Assembly: GCA_964035545.1 (NCBI GenBank)
Contig: OZ037771.1
Location: 7,805,408 to 7,869,407 of the forward strand
Direction of reading: 5' to 3'
Source of the DNA: Bugula neritina
Lineage: Eukaryota; Animalia; Bryozoa
DNA length: 64,000 nucleotides
The notes below the pieces were generated by a model, which was not told the DNA's origin, made no database searches, and saw nothing but the letters and a program-made list of their open reading frames with translations. Position numbers and translations under genes: made by a program. Below are positions 27,906-40,284 of this stretch, piece after piece (within the stretch, counting starts at the first letter, position 1; the number at the start of each line of letters is the position of its first letter).

Positions 27906-30900
27906 TCACCAACCGAATCGAGTTCTGATACCGTCAAGTAATCTCGGCCTCTCCTCCCACTCACTGATGTTATTCAAAGACGGGTGCTGATGCATGCGTG
28001 ACAGCTTACCTGTGAATCACACAGCTATTTAGTAATCAAGGTAGAGAGAAGAGAAGCAACACTGCAACACAGAACCAGGAGGCAATTGAACTATCACTAA
28101 GCTTGAGAGACAACCTTAGAAGTAACAAAGTACTTAGATAAAGCTTTTACACATCATAAGAAACGGCAAAGAAAACTATTTTGAGGCAATAAATACACGT
28201 TGAGGACCATATTATTAAATGCAAGCAATATCAGTTTATGGTCGGAGTGCTACAAAGTGTACTCACTGGAAAGACTTTGTACACAAGTAAGAGAGAGAAA
28301 GCGCGTTGTAGAGAGATTACTGTAGAAAGGTCGACGGTCTCTGAAAGTCTCAGAACCTCGTCTGGCTCGAGGCCAGCTAGCTAGTCCACCTAGTCCTGGA
28401 GGTGGGGAGGTGCTAGGGTCCTCCTCACTGCCGTCAATGTCTGACAGATGCACATCATCTAGGTCCTGCATGATAAAGGTCATGTGACCAAGAGCATTGC
28501 TAGAGCATTGTGGGCCGACACCAAATCAACCAGTGAATAGTTAGCATATATGCTCAATATAGCTACTTGTATATCTTTCTCTAAGCGTAGGGCCACACGG
28601 TGCGTATTTTTGCAGACAAAAATTTGCTGCACAATTAGAAAAAGGTGTCCTCTGTACAACTTTCCGTCAGTAAAAGCGAAAAAACTATTAGCTAATAAGA
28701 TTTGGGTTTAACTTTACTGCTCGCCTTGTTTCTACAGCTACATGTTCGGGATAAATTGAATTTTCATTTTTAACTCTCACTCGCTTTCAATAAAACACAA
28801 CTTAGTGGAATGTAGCACTGAATTAGAAAAAATGGGCTCGCTAAATAACCATGCCACCCAATTAGGTGACGACAAAAAATATTTGCACTTGTTGTAAATT
28901 CTTGTACAGTAGACACCTTTTTCTACTTGTGGTGCAAATTTTTGTCTGCGAATATACACACCATGTGGCCCTACGTTAAGTTGTTGCAAGCATTTTTTAC
29001 GCAAAAACTAGGAGTATTAAACTCTAACTGACAAGTAAACATTTTCCTAATTTCCATGCAGAAAATATCTGTTTCAGTATTTATTGAAACAGTGTCAATG
29101 CGAAGCATCGTAAAACGTTATAAAAAAATTGAGTGACATAACTTAGGAGGTAGGTGCAGAAATAGAGAAAAGCCTGTGTTCTAGATTAAACTTGTAGCAA
29201 AAGAAGTCAGGTTCAACTCGAGTCCAAAGTCATAACTTAATAAAAAAGTTAAATAACTTGGGCTAATAAAATTTCTCCAATACTGCACCTAAATGTAACT
29301 TGGAAAACAGTTCTAAAGGAATGAAATGACTGTAGCTTGATGGAATCAGACAAAGACTAACTGACTAATACTAGTGAGATGATACCAGACAATCCAGTTG
29401 AAGGGTAGAATTAGTACTCACATCGTACTCAGCATAACTACGATGCATAACTCTAGATGAAGGAATTTTGAAACTTTCTTTGGATGTAGTTTGCTGGAGT
29501 TGAGCAGGCGCCTGGTTGAAAGTGACTTCATCCTCACCAACAGTTGAGTCAACTTCCACTACCATAGATTCGTCGTCTGTTTCGTGGTGAGTCAGAGATG
29601 TCATTGGTAGAGGTCTGGCACCAGTTGCCGTATCGAGAATAGATAAATCTACCTGTATGATATAAATCTACCTGTACAATACACGTCTATCTGTGTGAGA
29701 TAATCAAATGCTGGTTATTGGCATATCTCACTTGCCTGTGTGAAACATAGATGATGAATCAGAAGAGTCACAGGAAAAAACTCATGGGTAGGCGATCAAT
29801 AAAATACTAGATTATCTTAGCTAGTAAGTCACTTCCAACTTTTCTCAATAAGAATACGGTAACACACCCTTCCCCCCATACTTTGCATCAATATAATTGA
29901 TCCTCTGCCACATATGAATAAGCCCTTAGCCTAATATAAAATGCCCTTACCATCAGAGTGTCTAACTGGGGTAGTGACTATAAAAATACACTCAGTCACA
30001 GTAGTTGCTGAACGATTGTACACATAAAAGACTATAAAATAAAGAAAAGTTTCACCACAATCCATCCACACACCTGGTTGTCGCCGGTCTCCATGTCAAC
30101 CTCAGCGGAGTCAGCGCTGCCACACTGAGAGAACTGACTCTCGTCATCAAGTTCTTCGAGATTAGCGTGAGAGTGAGAACCTAGGAGGGAGCTAGCATCC
30201 CTGATGGACGCCTCACTACACTCCACTATCATGCTGTCGTTCTCACAGTCGTGTGTGCGCAGTGAGCGGGGAACCTGCAGTTAGATGTGGAGCAACTGTG
30301 CTAGCAATCTGATCAGCTAGTACTAGTGTGTATGGTGCGTACAGTACATATCAGACAGCACATGTATAGTAAACTACGCAGTGTACATACAGCACGTCAT
30401 ATGTACTGTACATACCACACAGTGCATACTATACGTATGCATTGTCTACACAGCATGTAGTACATAGGGTATATACAGTATATACTGCATAGTGTACGTT
30501 ACTCTAATTTTTCTAGGTATGTACAGTATGAGTAGTCATGCCTCCTGCTGTGTAAAGAACATGCTGCTTCTAATCAAAATAGTATCCAATATTGTACAAA
30601 ATAATATATTCTACAATAAAGACGAACCAAAACCTGAGGCTTTCTAATGATATGATAATTTCTAGGCAGTAAAAGACTGGGAAAGTATAAAGGCAGTTAG
30701 CACAGCACACTGAAACTCGGGCATCTTGATATATCGCAGTTTAACTGGTGACAAACCCAAAACCACACAACTTCATTACTATAACTATTACAAACCAAGA
30801 CTTACTCTGCCTAATATGTTACTTACAGAACTAAAACCACTCGTCGCAATGCTGTCAAAATCACCAACAACAACTGGTCTGAAATCAATCTCTGACGTGC

Positions 30901-33900
30901 AGGGAGGTACTTCCAGCGGAGCAGCTCTACCCACTACCTCTACTCGGTGCTCAGCCGGCAACTGAAACACACGCACTTGTGTGACGGTTCTCAACAAACT
31001 TTACATGTTCGACAAATATGTTTAGTTAAATACATACTACTTTTGTACTTTTTATAAACGAAAAAAAAACAGAGAACAGAAAAGACGACAGCAATGTAAA
31101 GGATCTGTTCAGGTGAACTGCATGCAACATAATATCAAGTAGTGTAAGTGATAATCGGTGGCAGCAATACAGCATAAAATTATTTATTGTCAGTTGTAGT
31201 TTGACTTCGACAAAAATCATGAAGTTCATCTTCTTAGCGTTGAACCAATAAATGAGAGACAAGTCTAATGGAGAGATCCTTCAAACCGATGTCATAGTTG
31301 TCAGTTCTAAGGCTTTGAGCTAATTTAAAAATACAGTTTTGGAAAATGATGCGATTTCAACTTAGAAAAGTTTTTTCTAATTATTTAGTTGGCTTTTATA
31401 CGAAAAGTTTGTTTATTTATTGTATTCAATATAAAACCCTTTGATGTATTTTATATTTTAAAACATCTTTACATGTAAACCACTTTTAAATAGGAGACTT
31501 TAAAATACTATATCAAGTATTGCAGCATAAAAGAAACAGTGATATCCATATGGACTGCCCCTAAATAGGGTAGGCAATTAGTTCTTGGGGTTAAGCCTGC
31601 AACTAGTTCTACCAGGGAATCTACACTCGACATATTTATTCATGGCAAATTAGACAAAATCCTGGCAAGACCTGATCACCTTGATAGAGGCTAAAGAGAA
31701 GGAGGGGAGGCTAAAGAGAAGGAAGGGAGGCTAAAGAGAAGGAAGGGAGGCTAAAGAGAAAGAGGGGAGGCTAAAGAGAAAGAGGGGAGGCTAAAGAGAA
31801 AGAAGGGAGGCTAAAGAGAAGGAAGGGAGGCTAAAGAGAAAGAGGGGAGGCTAAAGAGAAAGAGGGGAGGCTAAAGAGAAAGAGGGGAGGCTAAAGAGAA
31901 AGAGGGGAGGCTAAAGAGAAAGAAGGGAGGCTAAAGAGAAAGAAGGGAGGCTAAAGAGAAAGAAGGGAGGCTAAAGAGAAGGAAGAGAGGCTAAAGAGAA
32001 AGAGGGGAGGCTAAAGAGAAAGAAGGGAGGCTAAAGAGAAAGAAGGGAGGCTAAAGAGAAAGAAGGGAGGCTAAAGAGAAGGAAGAGAGGCTAAAGAGAA
32101 AGAGGGGAGGCTAAAGAGAAAGAAGGGAGGCTAAAGAGAAAGAAGGGAGGCTAAAGAGAAGGAAGGGAGGCTAAAGAGAAAGAGGGGAGGCTAAAGAGAA
32201 AGAGGGGAGGCTAAAGAGAAAGAAGGGAGGCTAAAGAGAAGGAAGGGAGGCTAAAGAGAAAGAGGGGAGGCTAAAGAGAAAGAGGGGAGGCTAAAGAGAA
32301 AGAGGGGAGGCTAAAGAGAAAGAGGGGAGGCTAAAGAGAAAGAAGGGAGGCTAAAGAGAAAGAAGGGAGGCTAAAGAGAAAGAAGGGAGGCTAAAGAGAA
32401 GGAAGGGAGGCTAAAGAGAAAGAGGGGAGGCTAAAGAGAAAGAGGGGAGGCTAAAGAGAAAGAAGGGAGGCTAAAGAGAAGGAAGGGAGGCTAAAGAGAA
32501 AGAGGGGAGGCTAAAGAGAAAGAGGGGAGGCTAAAGAGAAAGAGGGGAGGCTAAAGAGAAAGAGGGGAGGCTAAAGAGAAAGAAGGGAGGCTAAAGAGAA
32601 AGAAGGGAGGCTAAAGAGAAAGAAGCTGAACAGGTAGCAGTTATGAAATTCGAATTCCAAAGAAGCGCCTAATAAATGAAGAAAAACTCAGAAACAGAAG
32701 TTATAGGTGCAGTCAGCAAAGAATGGTTAAAAATGTTTTAGCAAAATTTTACCGGAGCTGCTGGTAATTTAAGCTCCTCCATAGCCGGGCTGCCTCGGCC
32801 ACGTATTTTAACTGTATCCTCTTCACCCATATCATCATCCTGGATAGCGGTGTAGTCGTGCTCCACTGGCTCTCTGTGCTCTACAGACAGTAAGGGGCCA
32901 TCCATAAATTATGTCACACTTTATTCAGCACTTTTTGACCCCCCCTCCCCCCCTTGTCACAAAGTGTCACGCTTATATGACCCCCTCCCCCCCATGTGAT
33001 GTCACACAGATTATGTAAACGCCCTTTTAAGATTAAATACTCCATACAAAAAGTACTGATTGAATGGTTTATGTTTAGTAATGATTACAGGCACAAAGTT
33101 CAATATTTATGAATGCAACTTTTTAAGAACCTAAATTTATTCAGTGTATCATTATTATCCAATGACAAGAAAATCATAAACATTATTGAAACCATGCTTG
33201 ATTTAATAAGGCAGGTCATAAGTTCTGGCCTATAACTGCTATTTTTACTGCCTCAGTAGTCAGTGGTATTAAAGTTCCACTAGAGCATGAAGTCTGTTTT
33301 TATTGTGCTTTATATTGACAAAAAATACATGTATTTGATGTTTTATGTTCAGTATTAATACATATCTGAAATATTTTGTTTTGGTAAAATATTTGAAAAT
33401 GTGACATCACACATATCTACCCTCCCCCCCTCCCCCCTGTCACAAACTGTCACACATGAGGGTACCCCCTCCCCCCCCTTGAGCGTGACATAATTTATGG
33501 ATGGCCCCTAATCAACATTGATAGGCCCTCCTATACGCCCTACAGTATCCTTTAGTTACAATTATAGCAGGTTACAGGTTGCTCAATAGGGAGGAAGTCA
33601 TTGGTTCAAACCCCGACAAAGGCTATTGGTGATGTTAGGAAGAGCATCCAGCCATAATTGCTCCTGTGCCCCATCTGAATAATTCCTTAACCCGAATTAA
33701 CAAAAACCCCTTCCATCTGGGGTTTTCTCACAGGAATGGTGACTATAAACTTGTGTGAGTTTTACAGGTTGCTCAAGGAGAGCACAGGTTCACACAAACC
33801 AATTTTATCACACAAATAACTTACCTGATTGAGAGTAAAACCCAGAAGAATGGTCACTTAAAAGGAAAGGAAGATCAATGCGATTCTTGACTAGAATCTC

Positions 33901-35273
33901 CTGGATGTCGGGTATACTTTGATCTTTCGCCAGTTGTTGGAGTTTGGCTGCATACTGCTTTTGAAGAAGCTCAACTTGAGCAGCTCCTTCAAGAATAATT
34001 ACATACAAAAAGCTACAACTAAGGACTACATTCCCTAAATGAACATCCAGTTGGGTTCACTTGAATCAGTATATTCTTCACTGATGTTGCTAAAATTTAA
34101 GTGTTGCAAGGATTCAAGTCTTCTACAGTAAAAGCCACAAACGTAACTTGAGAATATTTCAAGAAACTATTATTGCACTTAACTAACAAGTGTATAACTA
34201 CAGAAGAAACCCCACCACACAGAGGTGGAGGTCACTTGAAACTCGAAAACATAAAATATGAACACGGCTTACCAACACATAATGAACATAACATAACGAA
34301 TACAAAATGTTATTATAGTGACAATATTTTATAATTCAACAGCAACCTTTCCATCATTTTTCATCACAAATAAATATAAAAACATACCAGTTATTTCCAG
34401 CCTTCTCTTTTCAAATTCATGTTTAATATTATTAATTTCCTTGACATAAGTGTCGGTAATACTGTGTAGTTCAGCTTGACGACGTTCCCTGTCCATACGC
34501 TCAATGAGTTTAGGCTTTATAGTGTTTACCATTGCTGTCCGACTCATCGCAGAGGTTTCCAAATCACTGATACAAACTCCTTGCAACATCTACAACATAG
34601 CATTTAGTACGAACTTAAACGTTGCTGACTCAAAATACATACAGGAAGTTGTGGGAGGAGCAAAACATCAACGTCGTGAAAGGTGTAAGTCTAGGGCAGA
34701 GGTGGGCAACTGAGGGCCCCAGGGCCACCTGTGGCCCTTTGCCGCTTTTTCAGTGGCCCTTTTAATGCTTAAGATAAGTAGCAATTATTATTATATGCAT
34801 TTATATTAGGTTTGGTGACAAATTATTATTATAATAAAATCTAATATGTGTAAAATCATGAAGCCCTTCGTTTTGGCTGACTTCTGAACTTGGCTCCCAT
34901 GCAAAAAAAGTTGTCCACCCCTGGTCTAGGTGGTAATAGTGAACGTGCAGGGTCAGTTGGTGTTAACTAGTTATCCCAAGTCAAGTAACAATCAGTTACC
35001 AACCTAAGAAAACACACTACCTTGATGTAGGTTGGTAAGGATTTCATTGTGTTCCTATCTTCAAATATGGGAACATATTTATCACCACCTTTGTTGCAAA
35101 TACTGTTGGTAAGGGCCTGATTACTATTAAATAAAGCCATTGGGTCGTCTAACAAATCTTTAGTGATGAGTATTAACATCAAGGAACATCTGAAATATAA
35201 TATTAGTAAGTTAAACCAAGAGTCTGTTGTATAACTGAGTTGTGATATATTTATATGTATGTATGTATGTATG

Positions 35274-35331
<58 letters not shown>

Positions 35332-35764
35332 GAAGGCGCTTATAATGCAGTAAGCTGGCTACAAATGAGAAAGGAAACACCTAAACATGGTAAACAGTAA
35401 ATATATAAAACCAGTAGAGTAAACTTCAACAGTGCCACTGTGCCATTCACACGCTCTTGAAAATTTACCAGAAGACATACCAAACACAGAAGCTTTGAAA
35501 AGATTTGTTTCACGATTATATTTATTTGTGTGGATAGGCTATATACATAGTCGGTAGAAGATTTTACCTGCTTAAAGCATCTTCCATAGAATCAAACACT
35601 GTGCCAATGGCAAAGTGTTCTACAAAGCTGGCAACTTTTGGTGTTTCACCAATGTCTTTCTGGAGCTCTAATATTATATCTTGAAGCTTTTTGGCTAGCT
35701 GCTTTGATTGCTCAGAGCTACTATGGTAAATTAGAACATCCCAATGACTTTGTCCCATAGCCAT
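27906..35764 (-). CDS. Cytoplasmic TIR-domain protein, TRIF/TICAM-like TIR followed by a coiled coil and a disordered acidic/Ser-rich tail; 10 coding exons
   Basis: Exons 35568-35764 (WDVLIYHSS...ASFVEHFAIGTVFDSMEDALSR), 35021-35189 (CSLMLILITKDLL...NQALTNSI...YVPIF), 34388-34589, 33825-33986, 32753-32880, ~30806-30962, ~30074-30274, ~29386-29652, ~28266-28465 and ~27906-28010 (stop). GT-AG junctions in compatible phase. No signal peptide or TM segment. Confidence 0.8.
28583..28978. mobile_element. MITE family A, copy 2
   Basis: AAGCGTAGGGCCACACGGTGCGTATTTT ... AATATACACACCATGTGGCCCTACGTT; colinear with 8884-9308. Confidence 0.85.
29148..29290. mobile_element. MITE family B copy, reverse orientation
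   Basis: GGTAGGTGCAGAAATAGAGAAAAGCCTGTGTTCTAGA ... ATTTCTCCAATACTGCACCT. Confidence 0.7.
31685..32625. repeat. 20-bp purine-rich minisatellite, ~47 copies of GAGGCTAAAGAGAARGARGG
   Basis: Exact 20-bp period; units vary only at A/G positions. Confidence 0.98.
32894..33508. mobile_element. PIF/Harbinger-type MITE
   Basis: TIR GGGGCCATCCATAAATTATGTCAC ... GTGACATAATTTATGGATGGCCCC with TAA TSD (32891-32893 and 33509-33511); C-rich subterminal repeats. Confidence 0.9.
33587..33761 (+). mobile_element. 5'-truncated SINE copy with 15-bp TSD
   Basis: SINE core and tail flanked by TTACAGGTTGCTCAA at 33572-33586 and 33762-33776. Confidence 0.88.
34697..34923. mobile_element. Short hAT (Charlie-like) MITE
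   Basis: TIR CAGAGGTGGGCAAC ... GTTGTCCACCCCTG; 8-bp TSD GTCTAGGG / GTCTAGGT (one mismatch). Confidence 0.85.
35255..35328. repeat. (ATGT)n/(AT)n microsatellite
   Basis: Direct inspection. Confidence 0.95.
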
Positions 35765-35939
35765 CTTTCAAAAAAAGATAAAAAATGTTGCAGTGTAGAT
35801 TTAGAAGTTGGCAGAACACAACAGAGATGGTTTTCTGCCTAAGACAAGTGCAAGAGAAGTGCATTGAACAAAACATTCTACTCCACATAGTATTGGTTAA
35901 CTTGTGTAAAGCATTTAACACTGCGTTTAGAGTAAGGCT

Positions 35940-36970
35940 TTAGTAGGTCCTCAAAAACTTCGGCTGAACAAATAAGTTCACGAGCATTATTAAAGCTCTT
36001 CATACAGGCATGCAAGAAGGTGTAGTGGCGAGAGGTTTTATCTCAAATGATTTTGCAGTAACAAATAACGTCAAGCAAAGGTGTGTTGTGCTGCACCAAC
36101 ACTATTCTCACTTCACCTGTCAATCATGCTTGAAGTTGCCTTAAAGACAGTTCAGAAGGGGCATATTTAAAATAGAAAAAAACAAACCTGTTTGATGGAC
36201 CTCACTTTAAGTTTAAAACCAAAACCACTACTAAGTTAGTGAGAGAGTTGCTATTTGCTGATATCACTCTAATAACTCATCATCTTGCTAATATACAAAC
36301 TATAGTCAACAGAAATGCTTACGCTGCAAGAAAATTTAGGCTTGAGATTAACATCAAGAAGACAGAATGCCTCAAGCAGCACCCAAATTTACAAAGTGGA
36401 ATATCTCAGCTAAACACCTTAACCATCAATAGAGAACTGCTGTAAAGTGTAAAACTTTTAATTACCTAGGAAGTATAGTGACTGACAATTCTAAATTAAA
36501 TAATAAAATCCAACTGAGAATAAATAAAATGCTAGTGTAGTGCACGTAAAATTGAAGACTGGACTTTTGACAAACCACCATTTCTCAGACAAATTCAAAC
36601 CTTGTGTCAGGTGCTACAACATTCGCCAACTTACTGTATGGGGTTGAGAGCTGGGACATATACAATTTGTAAGCCTAGTTTATGTGACATATACAGTCAA
36701 CCATGGATATCTCTTGGAGAAACAAGATTACAAACCATAAAGATCTAAAGATAATTTACTATCTTAAAAATCTATCTATCTTGAGATGGCTAGGACATCT
36801 AGAAAGGATGGGCCAAAAACGTTTACCTAAACAACTACCAAATACACAGCTGTAAGCGAGCAGGCATAACCAAGAAAAGCTGAGTTTTAAAGACACTGTG
36901 AAGCAAAATATGAAGATGGTATATATGGACAAAGATAATTGGCAAGAGAAAACTAGGTAAAGAAATGGTT
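35940..36970 (+). mobile_element. Decayed RTE-clade LINE reverse-transcriptase fragment
   Basis: Frameshifted motifs VKQ.C...APTLF, VRELLFAD, LEINIKKTE, FNYLGS, TLLYGVESW, LRWLGHLERM and RLPKQL, typical of RTE ORF2. Confidence 0.85.
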
Positions 36971-39900
36971 TAATATGTATGAGCAGACAAAAATAAAACA
37001 GTTATTAGCTATAAATAAAGCTGTATTTTCTGTAGTAGGAAGCATTCTAATTTCTACTGATGTATGTTATACTTGAAAGTCTTTTAGTTCTACAATAAAA
37101 ATATATCTAGACTGATGCAAACTATGCATACTACTGGTGTTGTGCTTCAAACCATTTGGTTAAAGTCTCAGCAGCAAAAAAAATATTTCCTTACATTTTT
37201 ACTCATATTAGAAAATACTGTTGAAGCTTTATGGAAAACAAAATAAAATTTAAGGTATATTATACTCCATGATTGCCTTATGTTACAATTATTATAAGCA
37301 TAACCATAAGTAAGCGTGAAAATAAACTTTAAGCTTTAAATTTTGCTACCATAATAATCATAATGCACTAACAGTAAATTTCATACTTATTTTGATTCTC
37401 AAACACTATCAGTATGACTATCAAAATGACTCTAATAAGAGTATGAGTATCAATATGCCACAATAACAATGACGCCGGTAGTTATTGAATAAATATTTAT
37501 AATGATAATTATTCCTTTTATTATATAACAATCAGATTTACTAAACTATCTTTATGATTAGTAATTATATTCATTAGTAACACTAACCAGTAACTGCAAT
37601 CAAAATTTGAACCACAGTATAAATATTTATATTAGTTTAATGAAAGTATCAGCATCCTTTATTTATAACCATTTTTAGTTACTAGGAACCCTAATACTGA
37701 TAAGTATCTTATTAGTATCACTGCTATCACTATGAGTATCAGCATCACTAAATCTAATGAGTATGAGTATGACTATAAGTATAAGTGTATTTTAAACATA
37801 TTAATATTATAATCATACTGATACACTGACACCGATAGTCATCTGTCATACTGATACTCATAGTCATACTCATAGTGATAGTCAGTACTCATTACTCATT
37901 ACTGATGGCGATGCCAATGCGCGTTAATTAAATCTATATCAATATATATTCAATTTTATAATATCAAATTCAATATAAATATAATTAATATCATATTAAA
38001 TTTATTGCATGGTTCCGTTATCATAATAATAACCATAAAGATTATTTAAATATTAACAATAATATTATTTATAATATAAATAATAATATTAATACTAATA
38101 GTTATTATAATTTATAATTATAATATTAATAATTAATTAATCAATTCATATCCAAACTCAACAAAAAATTCAAATTCAATAATCTTAATCTAGATTGGCA
38201 CCATCATCATAAATCATTCATGATTATGACGTTCACCATGACCATCAACATGGTCCATTTTCATCATTTTAACTTTGAGTTCATCACTCAGTGACGGTCT
38301 CGTAGTGATGGACAAACTCAAAGTAGAATTCAAAATCAATGCAAAATGAAAATGAAAATCAAAATGACAATTTTTAATTTTATGTGCCATGCAACTGTAA
38401 TGTATGCTTATGTATATGAATTTGAAACCCGATTGAAGAAACGTTAATATTGGTAAAAATATATTTAGTAAACATTTGGTTTATGCACATAAAAATTTCA
38501 ATTTAGCAAGGCTTTTTATACGGTTTTGGATTATCTCATAGATAAAATCCTGGTACCTCTGGTAATCTACAAGCACTGTTAGCCGTGAAAAGCGGATAGG
38601 TGTGAAAATCGCTTGATGTAGCAGAAAACTTGGGAGCCGCTGAATGCAGCAGCTAGTGTACCTTCAATTTCAATACCTTCAATTTAGATGTATACAATTA
38701 GTGCACTCAGTGACTCTAAATCTGGTGCTATGTCTAGCGATCTCTAATGCTAAAATAGTTTAGTTATAACTCATAAAATTTGCTAAGCTTGTCTACTGGC
38801 TATTAGCAATAACGAGCCCATGCTCGTGCATTTTTCTATTTCATACTAGTAATATTTTAGTAATAGTATTAGTACAAGAACTAGAGGTATAACTCACAGT
38901 CACTATGTGCAACTCACTAGGTGTAACGCTAACTTGAATCAGAGTGATCTATATCAACTATATCTATATGAACTTTAATCCTTTGACTTGAATATCTTTA
39001 CGAATATAAGTGAAATTGATGAGTAACGATATATGTTTAATAATATTTATATTTCATTATGATTATTATCATTATCAATTATCATTAATATTATGCATAC
39101 TGATTATCATAATGATAATCATAATCAAATTCAATAGCAGTATCATTAACGTTACGATATTGATAATTGAGCCCGTTACTTGGAGTTGGTTGTAATTATC
39201 AAAATGATTGTCATAATCATTACGATTATCATCATGGTGATGATTGATGATAATATTAGTTGATATATCCATATTCATATTGAAAATGCTCCGTATAAGT
39301 TTTAATATTACTATTACTATTAGTGTAGCAGTAATACTAATAGCTATAAGTATAAGTATTACTATTACTATTAGATTTAGTGAATTACTATTCAAATTTA
39401 ACCCACACTATGAGTATAACTATATGTTATAAATATAACTATAAGTATAAGGCTAAGTAATTATTATTATTATTAATCTTTATCTTATTTGATGATCATT
39501 ATCACTTTATGATTGTGATTACTCATTATCTATTTTACTTTTATAGAATTACTATTAGAAATGATTATTGCCATTTATTCAATTACATAGAATTATGTCT
39601 TTATCATATTGATATTCATTGTAAATATAATCATAATGATATACATTACACTTGGTGTTACTGTGTCAACAACAGGTGTATTGAGTATGTGTTTTGCTGT
39701 TAAAATTTAATAATAGTCTGGCTTTTTAGGTTTGAAGTTTAGAGGTAAAGTTGATTTTAAAACCAGTCATCAAGTTATTTTTGACCATGTTGTTGGTTAA
39801 ATGATCATAGTACTAACAGTAATACTATGTAATTCAATGTAATTATTTGAAGTTTAATTGTGACTACTCATCAAGTGGCCCGTTAGTGTTCCTAGAGGCA

Positions 39901-40284
39901 TTGATTACAGTTTCCTGTCAATTTATGGCTTATGTATATAATTATGTATACGTCTATTGTTGGATTTCAAAGTTGAACAAAAGTGTGCCAAACCTTTCAC
40001 CGTTTTCAAGATGAGTGGTTACCATGACTCCTTTAGATTGCATTACATTCATCAGCTCCACAACCAGTGAATATCACCTTACCTTATTTATAAGAGTAAT
40101 GCAGATTGGCATAATTAAACTGTTATTTAAACTGAGTTCATTTTTTGCACAGTATTATCTGTGATACTGTTAAAATTTTGGTAATATCTTTTAATATTTT
40201 GCTTTTATGTTGTAGCTGCTAGGACCTGTTGTCGTGTTTAATTTAGTTAACTAACTGTTGATGTAAAATGAAAAGAAGTAAATA

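Noticed and set aside
27906-30274. RHIM or pLxIS motif in the TIR protein tail
   Set aside because: No (I/V)Q(I/V)G core and no convincing pLxIS found; SLNNIS is only a loose resemblance.
31685-32625. Possible CRISPR-like array
   Set aside because: Head-to-tail repeats without unique spacers, no cas genes, eukaryotic intron context.
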